Shown one piece after another: positions 33,017 to 40,739 of a stretch of 54,317 bases of DNA. The notes beneath the pieces were generated by a model that was not told where the DNA came from, made no database searches, and saw nothing but the letters and a program-made list of their open reading frames with translations. Origin of the DNA: a virus. Every line of letters begins with the position of its first letter. Position 1 is the stretch's first letter. Both the position numbers and the translations under genes were made by a program. The stretch is taken from positions 1 to 54,317 of IMG/VR virus record IMGVR_UViG_3300045391_001808; one strand, 5' to 3'.

Positions 33017-33657
33017 GGACCGGAGTGCTACTGTGCGACGGGCCGTCGACGCGGCTGCCCAACAAGTGCATGCTCCCGCAGAGGAACCGCTTCATGGTGT
33101 GTGAGTCCGGGCTGGGCTTCCTACTGAAGAGCGGCCACTGCGACGAGATCGTCGTGCCGGTGTGGAAGAATGGGCTGCTGAAGGACGTGATCCCGACTCG
33201 TGGCTGGCCTAGCAACGTCAGGCTACTGCCGGAGGCCACGCAGGACGGCCCGGTGGCGACAATTAAGCGTGCTGCCTACTGGGCTCGAGAGGGCCAGCTG
33301 CTGGTAGCGTACGGCGACAACTACTACTCGGGCGAGGAGCCCGAAGTCCCGAAGACTGCCAGTAACCGCGCCTGCGTGCGCCAGGGCCTCAGGCATACCG
33401 AGCAGCTGGACGCGTGTGTGAGTAGGCCGGCTGGGCCGCACTGGGCGCACCGCGACAGCCTAGAGAGGGAGCGCCTGATCGGCCACCTCGCTGGCTGGAT
33501 GCTCCTCGACGTCGCGTGTGTCCTGTCGTACAGCGGCAACGACGTCCTCGTCATGCTCAACACGTTCAAGGCGCTTCCAGAGGTGTACGGCAGTTCGTAC
33601 GACTGGTCCGATCTCGGCACGCCCGAGAGCTACAGGAGGCACTTATGCGGTCAGTAG
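33013..33657 (+). CDS. sugar-phosphate nucleotidyltransferase-like protein
   Basis: GVLLCDGPSTRLPNKCMLP parallels the GxLAGGxGTRLxPxT...PK signature. VAYGDNYY parallels the GDN motif. Confidence 0.55.
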   Translation: MRTGVLLCDGPSTRLPNKCMLPQRNRFMVCESGLGFLLKSGHCDEIVVPVWKNGLLKDVIPTRGWPSNVRLLPEATQDGPVATIKRAAYWAREGQLLVAYGDNYYSGEEPEVPKTASNRACVRQGLRHTEQLDACVSRPAGPHWAHRDSLERERLIGHLAGWMLLDVACVLSYSGNDVLVMLNTFKALPEVYGSSYDWSDLGTPESYRRHLCGQ

Positions 33658-34826
33658 TAGTGTGTAAGAGCGGCAGCGTGCTGGGAAGCACGTCCGCGTC
33701 GGGAGAGGCGGGCGAGACGGAGGGTGTGCTCAGGCACTTCGTCGGCCGTGGCGACGTGCGTGTCGTCTACTTCGGTCGCGTCAACGGGCAGCTGCCCGAC
33801 GGCGTGACCCATGTAGACCCTGACGTGGGTGGCGTGGACGAGTGGTGCACTGCAGCCAGGCAGCTCGAGGGCTTCGAGAACAACTGGGAGCGACTGCGGG
33901 ACTGCGAGGCGCTGTGCGTCATCAACGTGTGCGGCTACTCGCCGACGATGTCACACGTTGACAACCCACACGGTGCCCAGGTGCAGGCTGCCGCCATACG
34001 GTACAACGCGCCGATGCTGGACTTCTTGGAGAGGGCACGCGTCCCGAGAATCTGCGTAGTCACGGACCCCCGCCTGTACCCGAAGGACCAGGAGATGTCG
34101 CTCGGGTGGGAGTGGGCCCGGCCGCGGGCGCTACTCGACCAGTGGAGTCTCGACGCGAGGCAGGTCGTGGGCGGTGTGAAGTACGCACGACGCTCGGTGT
34201 ACGCTGCCTGCCAGTCGTGGGCGTGGCTGCCACAGCGTGAGAATTCCGGCACGGTGCCAGCCTGCGTGCTCGGTCACGCGCACGTAGAGGACGGGATCAA
34301 GAAGGGCAGCTGGGGTCCGTGGTGGGACATACTGCCGCGGCTCGATCAGTGGCCCGACTGGCTGTACGTCGCCGGGAAGGGCTGGGACAGTCCTGACTCC
34401 CGAGTATGTCAGAGACACTACAAGGGCTGCGTCAGCCAGCTCGAGATGACGAGGATGCTCACGTCTGCACGCTGCTGTCCTGTGGTGGCGCACACGCCAG
34501 GGTTCTACACGGGCAAGCCCCACTTCCTCATGAGCCACGGGTGCGTCCCGATCCTGTACGGGCGGGGCGAGAAGCACACGTGGGACCTGGAGGAGAGGTA
34601 CCTGTCGATCAGATCGCGTGCGCGAGTCACGAACTGGTACGAACTGCGAAGGGAGATAGAGGGTATGCAGGGCGACGAAGTATGGAAGTTCATGCAGGAC
34701 TGGTGGCGGAAGAAGCTGCAGCCTAAGTGGGAGAAGCTGGACGAGTGCGTGGACGAACTGCTCTCCGGTGCGGGTACCGAGAGCCCAGAGTGGTGGACCA
34801 AGTATGGAGGGTACAGGAAGTGCTGA
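33645..34826 (+). CDS. putative GT-B fold glycosyltransferase (weak resemblance to DNA beta-glucosyltransferase architecture)
   Basis: 393 aa from ATG 33645 (AGGAGG upstream). ICVVTDPRLYP and the C-terminal VVAHTPGFYTGKPHFLMSHGCVPILYG resemble a GT-B donor-binding segment. The assignment is tentative. Confidence 0.4.
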   Translation: MRSVVVCKSGSVLGSTSASGEAGETEGVLRHFVGRGDVRVVYFGRVNGQLPDGVTHVDPDVGGVDEWCTAARQLEGFENNWERLRDCEALCVINVCGYSPTMSHVDNPHGAQVQAAAIRYNAPMLDFLERARVPRICVVTDPRLYPKDQEMSLGWEWARPRALLDQWSLDARQVVGGVKYARRSVYAACQSWAWLPQRENSGTVPACVLGHAHVEDGIKKGSWGPWWDILPRLDQWPDWLYVAGKGWDSPDSRVCQRHYKGCVSQLEMTRMLTSARCCPVVAHTPGFYTGKPHFLMSHGCVPILYGRGEKHTWDLEERYLSIRSRARVTNWYELRREIEGMQGDEVWKFMQDWWRKKLQPKWEKLDECVDELLSGAGTESPEWWTKYGGYRKC

Positions 34827-34958
34827 TGCGACAGGACGTCGAGCTGTTTGAAGAGTACGTGAGGGCGCCTCACAGGGTCAGAACTAACACGGAGAAAGCA
34901 GCACTTACACAGGCGGTCGTACGACTCGCCGGTGTGGGTGCTGCAGTCGCGAGGTCGT

Positions 34959-35294
34959 ATGAACGAGTCGGCACGGACCAGGAAGCTGTGCGAGGGGCTG
35001 AGGAAGCTCAACGCGATGGTGTACGCAGCAGTGGCGGGCGAGAAGGGGACGAGTGGGTGGCCGGACCGCTATGTCCACCATCGTACGTGGCAGGGGTGGC
35101 TGGAGTTCAAGGACGGCACGAGGAAGTGCACGCCGCTGCAGCAGGAGATCATCCGAGGGATGAACGCCCGCTGTTGCGGAAGCGCGTACGTCGTAAGGCA
35201 CGGAGCTAACACGATCGAGAATCACGACGGTGAGGTGCTGGCGACGTTCGACGGCACCGCGACGTCACTACTGGGAGCTCTGGAGGACTTATGA
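34959..35294 (+). CDS. VRR-NUC domain nuclease
   Basis: GWPDRYVHHRTWQGWLEFKDGTRKCTPLQQEIIRGMNARCCGSAYVV follows the VRR-NUC pattern (G.PD...E.K....L...Q). Start ATG 34959 (the ORF opens at GTG 34932). Confidence 0.65.
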   Translation: MNESARTRKLCEGLRKLNAMVYAAVAGEKGTSGWPDRYVHHRTWQGWLEFKDGTRKCTPLQQEIIRGMNARCCGSAYVVRHGANTIENHDGEVLATFDGTATSLLGALEDL

Positions 35295-35539
35295 ATAAGA
35301 TAGTACTGACCGGAGTCGTGATGACCTTCATCACGCTGGCGGCGTTCATCATACTGGCGTTCACGATCGGATACGACGCCGGACGGCACTCGCGACACCG
35401 CGAGGTCGTAGACTACATCACCCGACAGAGCGTGCTGACACGACGACTGATACGGCTCGGCGACGAGCAGACGATGCGTGAGGTGGAGAAAGAATCCCTA
35501 ACACTGGAGAAAGACAATGGGTCAGATGGTAATTCCTAG
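35291..35539 (+). CDS. small membrane protein
   Basis: 82 aa. The N-terminal TM segment is IVLTGVVMTFITLAAFIILAFTIG. Confidence 0.55.
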   Translation: MNKIVLTGVVMTFITLAAFIILAFTIGYDAGRHSRHREVVDYITRQSVLTRRLIRLGDEQTMREVEKESLTLEKDNGSDGNS

Positions 35540-36383
35540 GACGTACCTGCTGGGCGTGACGCAGCCCGACCGCGACGAGCTGCTGCGGTACCTGCGAGAG
35601 ACTGGACAGGAAGAGTTCATGAGGCAGTTCGAGGAGGCAGAGCAGGAGGTGGGCGGGGCGCTGTGTCTCGTCAGCTTCTACGCCAAGCTGTGCTACAAGT
35701 CGCTGGTGCTCGGTAAGAACAGCAACGTCACCGCGACGCGAGACATCCTTGAGAATCTCACAGGATGTCTCGCGCAGGGGCACGGGTCCGTCTTCGAGCA
35801 CGTGACGCTGAACTTCGTGACGACGAACTGCTCGCGGGTGTTCACGCACGAGCTCGTACGACATCGCGCGGGCACGGCGTTCTCGCAGACGAGCGGGCGG
35901 TACGTAAGCATCGACTCGCTGGACTTGGTGCTGCCGCCAGAGCTGACACGCGACACGCCCTGCGAGTGGTGTCGTGGCGAGGGTACGGAAGAAGGGTGCG
36001 ACACTAGGTGTCGCGCGTGTGACGGTCTCTGCACACTCGACAAGGTGTACGAGAGGGCCAGGTCAGACATCGAGATCGTGCTGCAGAACCTGCGAATGGC
36101 GACGGTGCCCGAGCATGCAGACTTCGCGACCAAGAAGCGCCTCACGTCTGCCATACGACGGCTCGCGCCGAACGGGCAGGCCAACGAGATCGGGTGGTCT
36201 GCCAACGTGCGGGCGCTGCGACACATCATGGAGATGCGCACGTCGCCCGTCGCAGAGTGGGAGATGCGGCAAGTCTTCAACGACGTGTACGACATCGTCG
36301 CCGCACGCTGGCCACTGATGCTGCACGGCGCTGAGGTCACTCATGAGGGTGGCCTCATCGCTGTGGAGGGACTTGGAGTATGA
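35517..36383 (+). CDS. thyX: flavin-dependent thymidylate synthase
   Basis: The ThyX signature is HELVRHRAGTAFSQTSGRYV (RHR...SQxSxRY). GHGSVFEHV and ANVRALRHIMEMR are also present. Confidence 0.85.
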   Translation: MGQMVIPRTYLLGVTQPDRDELLRYLRETGQEEFMRQFEEAEQEVGGALCLVSFYAKLCYKSLVLGKNSNVTATRDILENLTGCLAQGHGSVFEHVTLNFVTTNCSRVFTHELVRHRAGTAFSQTSGRYVSIDSLDLVLPPELTRDTPCEWCRGEGTEEGCDTRCRACDGLCTLDKVYERARSDIEIVLQNLRMATVPEHADFATKKRLTSAIRRLAPNGQANEIGWSANVRALRHIMEMRTSPVAEWEMRQVFNDVYDIVAARWPLMLHGAEVTHEGGLIAVEGLGV

Positions 36384-36601
36384 GGTGGTTCGACGTCTCG
36401 CTGCCCGGCGTGGCCGGTCCGGTGGTAGGTCGCGAGCTTGCGAAGGGGATGGTCGAGCTGAGGATAGGCACGTGGGTGCGCCTCACCGTCACGAAGCGTT
36501 TCCTGCAGGACAGCGGCGCCCGGGCCACCGGGTGGCGGGACGAGCCTGGAGAGTGGCGTGGCGTTCACGCTACACTGATACGACTGCCAGAATGGGTGTG
36601 A
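36380..36601 (+). CDS. hypothetical protein
   Basis: 73 aa with an ATGA overlap with thyX. Confidence 0.45.
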   Translation: MRWFDVSLPGVAGPVVGRELAKGMVELRIGTWVRLTVTKRFLQDSGARATGWRDEPGEWRGVHATLIRLPEWV

Positions 36602-36602
36602 C

Positions 36603-36935
36603 ATGAAAGACCTAATCGAACAGGATGGCGAGTTTTACGTGGCTACTGGGGAAGTGCGAAAACCAAAGAGAGGCGAATGGTTTTCAAGCCAGCCAGATAA
36701 GTGGCTGTTGATGTACGACGTAGACGCAGAGGCGACACGCGAATACCAAGTCTACCACGAGCTCGACAAGCAGACCGTGAAGTTTGTGCTGGACTATAAG
36801 CCGGAAGGCGTGTCGTTGACATTGAGGGAGTACTTAAGAAATTCGTCAAAAGATATGACACCTTATGCACACGACCCGTATCTCAGGCAATGGGCAACCT
36901 ACATGCTCGACGCACTCGAACGATTGGAGAAGTAA
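36603..36935 (+). CDS. hypothetical protein
   Basis: 110 aa. This is the start of a lower-GC stretch of small genes. Confidence 0.6.
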   Translation: MKDLIEQDGEFYVATGEVRKPKRGEWFSSQPDKWLLMYDVDAEATREYQVYHELDKQTVKFVLDYKPEGVSLTLREYLRNSSKDMTPYAHDPYLRQWATYMLDALERLEK

Positions 36936-36939
36936 ACCG

Positions 36940-37113
36940 ATGGGACCAACATTCTTGATGACGGTTTGGTGTGGCATGAGCATTATGTCGATAAAGTGTT
37001 TTTTGAAAACGGACGCCGGCCATGCGTATGCGGAAGCGTACTGGCTTGTGCTTTCGGCGTTTGCTTTAAGCAATGCAGTTGCGTGGGCTGTCAGAATGAG
37101 CAAGGAGAAGTAA
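36940..37113 (+). CDS. small membrane protein
   Basis: 57 aa (MGPTFLMTVWCGMSIM...LVLSAFALSNAVAWAV). The start lies within the repeated junction GGAGAAGTAAACCGATGG. Confidence 0.45.
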   Translation: MGPTFLMTVWCGMSIMSIKCFLKTDAGHAYAEAYWLVLSAFALSNAVAWAVRMSKEK

Positions 37114-37117
37114 ACCG

Positions 37118-37234
37118 ATGGACAAAACATATCGCGTGAAGCTGCTGGATTTTGTGAAGCTTGCTGACGGCCACTGGGTGGCACAAACTGCCTTGGTCCG
37201 ATACGGATATTTGCGTTTCCCGACCAATTGGTAA
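37118..37234 (+). CDS. very small hypothetical protein
   Basis: 38 aa (MDKTYRVKLLDFVKLADGHW...), below the ORF-track cutoff. It starts in the second copy of the junction repeat, which supplies GGAG. Confidence 0.35.
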   Translation: MDKTYRVKLLDFVKLADGHWVAQTALVRYGYLRFPTNW

Positions 37235-37267
37235 TGCTCGTAATGAATTAACGAGATTGGAGAGCGT

Positions 37268-37438
37268 ATGAAAGTTACTGTGACGTGGCTGGACGGCAGC
37301 AAGCAGAGCTTCCTGGCTGCCGACGAGTACGACGAGGACCCGGTGCACAACCGGGCCACCTTCTACCTCGCCGAGAGTGGGAAGCCTGTCGTCGAGGTGA
37401 ATCTCGAGGCCGTGAGGTTTATCTACTTCGAGTATTGA
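37268..37438 (+). CDS. small hypothetical protein
   Basis: 56 aa (MKVTVTWLDGSKQSFLAADEYDEDPVHNRATFYLAESGKPVVEVNLEAVRFIYFEY). GGAGAG lies upstream. The stop overlaps the -35 box of the next promoter. Confidence 0.45.
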   Translation: MKVTVTWLDGSKQSFLAADEYDEDPVHNRATFYLAESGKPVVEVNLEAVRFIYFEY

Positions 37439-37463
37439 CACCGGGAACTCTGCAGGTTATAAT
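37435..37463 (+). promoter_or_regulatory. consensus sigma70 promoter
   Basis: TTGACA (37435-37440), 17-nt spacer, TATAAT (37458-37463). Confidence 0.8.
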
Positions 37464-37753
37464 AGGTGCATGGAAATGCAAGCGATATCAGGATGTGTTG
37501 CACAAGTGTACCTGGTCGCGGAGAAGTTAAAAAATTACACGATGCAAATGATATATGGTGACAGTTCTATATACTACTACTACTACTACTACTACTACAA
37601 AGGTCTTTTTACCTATACAGTTCTCTTCAGAGACTGTTTGAATTGAATTCATATCGATTTCATTTGCATAGTGTCGAATTTTGACTTTTGGGCGGCTCGG
37701 TACACTTGAGCTGCACTTGTGAGTTTCGCTTGCATCATTAGGAGATCCGTAGA
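37464..37753 (+). ncRNA. long structured 5' leader / candidate regulatory RNA upstream of the Zn-ribbon-sigma operon
   Basis: AT-rich, with no ORF carrying an RBS. There are three nested inverted repeats: 37476-37485/37726-37735 (10 bp), 37501-37508/37714-37721 (8 bp) and 37542-37551/37660-37669 (10 bp). They enclose (TAC)9. Confidence 0.5.
37572..37598. repeat. (TAC)9 microsatellite
   Basis: Nine perfect tandem TAC units lie in the non-coding leader. The same TAC-based unit builds the early leader cassette. Confidence 0.95.
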
Positions 37754-37897
37754 ATGAAGAAAGAACTACCAGAAGACAGAAGATGCCCTGTCTGCAACAG
37801 GAAGATAAGCTCTCGCAGTAGGTGGGCAGTGAAGCGGCCTATCCCAGTCTGTCGTAGGTGCGCGAGGTCTGGAGCAGGGGAGGCTGTCGTCCGATGA
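37754..37897 (+). CDS. small zinc-ribbon protein
   Basis: 47 aa (MKKELPEDRRCPVCNRKISSRSRWAVKRPIPVCRRCARS...). GGAG lies 9 nt upstream. It is below the ORF-track cutoff. Confidence 0.55.
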   Translation: MKKELPEDRRCPVCNRKISSRSRWAVKRPIPVCRRCARSGAGEAVVR

Positions 37898-38355
37898 CGC
37901 GAAAATATGATGCGACGAAGAGGCGCGAGGACGCGGCGATCCGAAAGGCGCGGCAGGCGATGGAGTTCCTCGAGCGGATGGAGCGCCGCGAGCGGGTGAG
38001 AGCTCGCAGGAGGCCACGGCCCGAGGTGCCCGAGGACTACAGGTGCCCGAGGTGCGGGAAGACCCGTCTGCGACGCAGGCAGTGGCGGCTGGCCGAGGAC
38101 GGTAGCACCGTGTGCGTGACCTGCAGCAGGCAGCCGAGACCGCTGCCGCCAGGATGTGTCTGCCCGAGGTGCCAGAGGAGACTGCCGCGGCGTGAGCGGT
38201 GGGACATGCGCAGCGAGCCGCTCGTGTGCAGGCGCTGCTCGGCCGAGAGGAAGGAAGCTATGGAGGTACTCAGTGATGTCAGGACTTCAGTGGCTGGAGG
38301 AGAATCCCAGAGCAGTCCGATGGCTGTTGAGGAAGTACCCGAGCCACATGCATGA
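37894..38355 (+). CDS. double zinc-ribbon protein, Arg-rich
   Basis: ATGA overlap at 37894. It has two more copies of the CPxC...RW...VCxxC module (YRCPRCGKTRLRRRQWRL...VCVTC and CVCPRCQRRLPRRERWDM...VCRRC). Confidence 0.6.
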   Translation: MTRKYDATKRREDAAIRKARQAMEFLERMERRERVRARRRPRPEVPEDYRCPRCGKTRLRRRQWRLAEDGSTVCVTCSRQPRPLPPGCVCPRCQRRLPRRERWDMRSEPLVCRRCSAERKEAMEVLSDVRTSVAGGESQSSPMAVEEVPEPHA

Positions 38356-38740
38356 CGACCTGTGGGGCGTGTGCGTGGATCGCGCCGAGGCGATCATGGC
38401 GACGTGGGACGGCACGAAGGGTGCGACGATGGGCTATCACATGGTCAAGAACCTGCGGTGGTACATGTGGAAGTGGGTGCGCCGCAGGCAGCGTGACGCA
38501 GAGCGCCATCCCGAGAACTCGGAGCGCGTGGGGTCTACATACGTAGCTCCTGACACGCTCGAGCACAGTGACGAGGTGAGGTCGGTCATGGACCGCCTCA
38601 CGCCGTACGAGCGGCACATCGTGGTGCTGCACGCGGTAGACGGCATGAGCTTCGAGCAGGTCGCCGAGCTCGTGCACAGCAGTAAGAACACCGTGAGGCT
38701 GCAGTACCTGGCAGCCGTGGAGAAAGCAAGATGCCGATAG
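38276..38740 (+). CDS. ECF-like sigma factor
   Basis: Region 4 HTH is LTPYERHIVVLHAVDGMSFEQVAELVHSSKNTVRLQYLAAVEKAR. A region 2-like segment is YHMVKNLRWYMWKWVRRRQR. ATG 38276 has GGAGG 9 nt upstream. Confidence 0.75.
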   Translation: MSGLQWLEENPRAVRWLLRKYPSHMHDDLWGVCVDRAEAIMATWDGTKGATMGYHMVKNLRWYMWKWVRRRQRDAERHPENSERVGSTYVAPDTLEHSDEVRSVMDRLTPYERHIVVLHAVDGMSFEQVAELVHSSKNTVRLQYLAAVEKARCR

Positions 38741-39366
38741 TAAGTGACGACTGGGTCCTGTTCACACCGACGAAGTGCGGCACTACATCGCTCGAGGGAC
38801 TGCTGACCGACAAGCTCCGCGTGGCAGTGAAGGACGTGCCCAGACACAGGATGATCCTGAGAGGGCAGGAGCTCCACAAGCGACGGTTCATGGTCGTGAG
38901 GCACCCGCTCGAGCGGTGGTGCTCGATGTTCTGGGCCATCGACCGCTGGACGGCGAACGGCAGCCACCCCTTCATGTGGGAGTTTGCCGGGCAGTACGAG
39001 GGCTTCGCACGGGAGTGGCTCAGACGGCGCGCGGAGCGGCCGTACGACTCGTGGCAGAAGGACCTGACCATATACACGAACAACAACACGGAGAACGCGC
39101 TGCTGTGCAAGCCCGAGAAGGTGTTCAGGTTCGAGACAATGTTAGACTTCTTACTCTACGAGATCGCGACCTTCCATCCTTACTGCGACGGCGAGGACTG
39201 GGCTTTCGCTAAGAGGGCCGAGTGGTGTACCATGCTCCCGCACCGCAACAAGACTGCCGACAGGCCGTCGGTAGAGGAGACGCTGGCCAAGATACCACAG
39301 GACCTTCTCGCAGGTATTATGGACTGGGCGAGACCGGACCTGGAGCAGTGGTATGACCCCTCGTAG
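38731..39366 (+). CDS. sulfotransferase family protein
   Basis: 5'-PSB-like VLFTPTKCGTTSLEGLL and 3'-PB-like FMVVRHPLERWCSMFW are present. The C-terminal LPHRNKT...DLEQWYDP follows the pattern of carbohydrate sulfotransferases. Confidence 0.7.
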   Translation: MPIVSDDWVLFTPTKCGTTSLEGLLTDKLRVAVKDVPRHRMILRGQELHKRRFMVVRHPLERWCSMFWAIDRWTANGSHPFMWEFAGQYEGFAREWLRRRAERPYDSWQKDLTIYTNNNTENALLCKPEKVFRFETMLDFLLYEIATFHPYCDGEDWAFAKRAEWCTMLPHRNKTADRPSVEETLAKIPQDLLAGIMDWARPDLEQWYDPS

Positions 39367-40078
39367 ACCGGCGCACGGCCCACCCTCCTCGTGGTTCACG
39401 GGACCGGCGCCTCCTAAATTCCAGTGTGAGGCTACACGTCACAACGGGCTGCGGTGCCGCAGGTGGAAGAGGCCGAGGGAGGACGGGCTCGGACACTATC
39501 GCGTGTGCAGCTACCACCTCGCACGCACGCCGCACGCAGGTAAGACTCACACTAAGCTCCTTCCCATGAACTACAAGAGGTACCTCAAGCCGGCACTGAC
39601 CCGGGCGCTCGACGAGATGCTCAACACGTCGCCCACAGAGCAGCTCGCGCTCTTCGAGGAGCTCGCGCTGATTCGCGACGCGGCGGGACAGATCGTGGCG
39701 GGCTACTCGGACATACGCGAGAGACTAGACGCGCAGCCTGACAACGAGAAGTTGAAGGAGGCAGCGATCATGTCCGGGGCGCTGATGCGCGACGCGCTCA
39801 AGGAGGTGATCACCGCCTGCGAGTCCGCAGCCCGCGTGCAGGCCACGAGCAAGGAATCAGTATCAGCAGCCCACCTGAACTTCTTCGTCGAGCAGATCGT
39901 GCAGTGCGCGTACCAGAGCTTCGGAGACGATGTGAAGGTCGACGAGTTCATCAAGCGCGTACGCACCCAGATAAGAGTACCGACCAACCACGTCGAGGGC
40001 ACTACGATCACTCCCGACGCTGACGTCATCGAGATGGACGAGACCGTACCTGATGAACATCAACATAGCGACGCGTGA
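39353..40078 (+). CDS. hypothetical protein with Cys/His N-terminus (possible small terminase, very tentative)
   Basis: 241 aa. CEATRHNGLRCRRW...YRVCSYH is followed by a helical segment (EQLALFEELALIRDAAGQIV). No firm family was recognised. Confidence 0.5.
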   Translation: MTPRRPAHGPPSSWFTGPAPPKFQCEATRHNGLRCRRWKRPREDGLGHYRVCSYHLARTPHAGKTHTKLLPMNYKRYLKPALTRALDEMLNTSPTEQLALFEELALIRDAAGQIVAGYSDIRERLDAQPDNEKLKEAAIMSGALMRDALKEVITACESAARVQATSKESVSAAHLNFFVEQIVQCAYQSFGDDVKVDEFIKRVRTQIRVPTNHVEGTTITPDADVIEMDETVPDEHQHSDA

Positions 40079-40739
40079 CTGGGCCCTCGAGAAGCTTGCC
40101 CAGGTGAAGCGTGCCGAGCCCTGGCACGACATGAGGTACGCCATGAGCCTGGGCTACATGGTGGCGAACCTTCCCGTGCCGCCTCGCAGGATCCTCGACG
40201 TGGGCGGGCCGTCACCGATGGTGCCGCTACTCGCCGAGATGTGGGGCGTGGAGGTAAGCAGCACTCCCGACGCGGACCTTCGCGACTGGTCGCCTGCTGC
40301 CGACGAGTACGACCTTGTGACGTGCTGCGAGGTCCTAGAGCACATTCACGACCTGCCCACGACCGATCCTGACAAGCGCGCGTGCTGGACCGGCAGCGGG
40401 CAGAAGAAGCTACTCGAGGACTGCTGCCGGGCACTCAAGCCGGGCGGCCACCTGTTCCTCACCACGCCGAACGCCACGTCGCTGCGAGTCCTGCAGAACG
40501 TAGCACGCGACGAGCACCCACGCATGTACGACCCTCACGTGCGCGAGCTCCGCGTGTGCGAGGTAGAACGCCTCGTCCCACAGGGCGGGCTCAAGATCGT
40601 AGAGTGCCGCGCCTGGTCCGTGTGGGACGACCTCGGCGTGCGCGACCACATGAACCAAGTGCTGCAGGCCGTGCGCCTTCTGGGTGGCGATCCTGCCGGG
40701 CGCAACGACGACATCATACTCTTCGCGAGGAAACTTTGA
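40053..40739 (+). CDS. class I SAM-dependent methyltransferase
   Basis: Motif I is RILDVGGPSP. DLVTCCEVLEHIHD and ALKPGGHLFLTTPN are also present. Confidence 0.75.
   Translation: MNINIATRDWALEKLAQVKRAEPWHDMRYAMSLGYMVANLPVPPRRILDVGGPSPMVPLLAEMWGVEVSSTPDADLRDWSPAADEYDLVTCCEVLEHIHDLPTTDPDKRACWTGSGQKKLLEDCCRALKPGGHLFLTTPNATSLRVLQNVARDEHPRMYDPHVRELRVCEVERLVPQGGLKIVECRAWSVWDDLGVRDHMNQVLQAVRLLGGDPAGRNDDIILFARKL

Noticed and set aside
34826-35209. 127-aa ORF (from ATG 34826, ATGA-coupled to the GT-like gene) overlapping the VRR-NUC gene, and the idea of a programmed frameshift joining the two.
   Set aside because: Beyond about residue 45 the translation turns into Gly/Arg/Ala junk, while the other frame carries a complete VRR-NUC domain with its own ATG and GAGG. 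A short (~45 aa) upstream peptide remains possible. I see no slippery site to support frameshifting.
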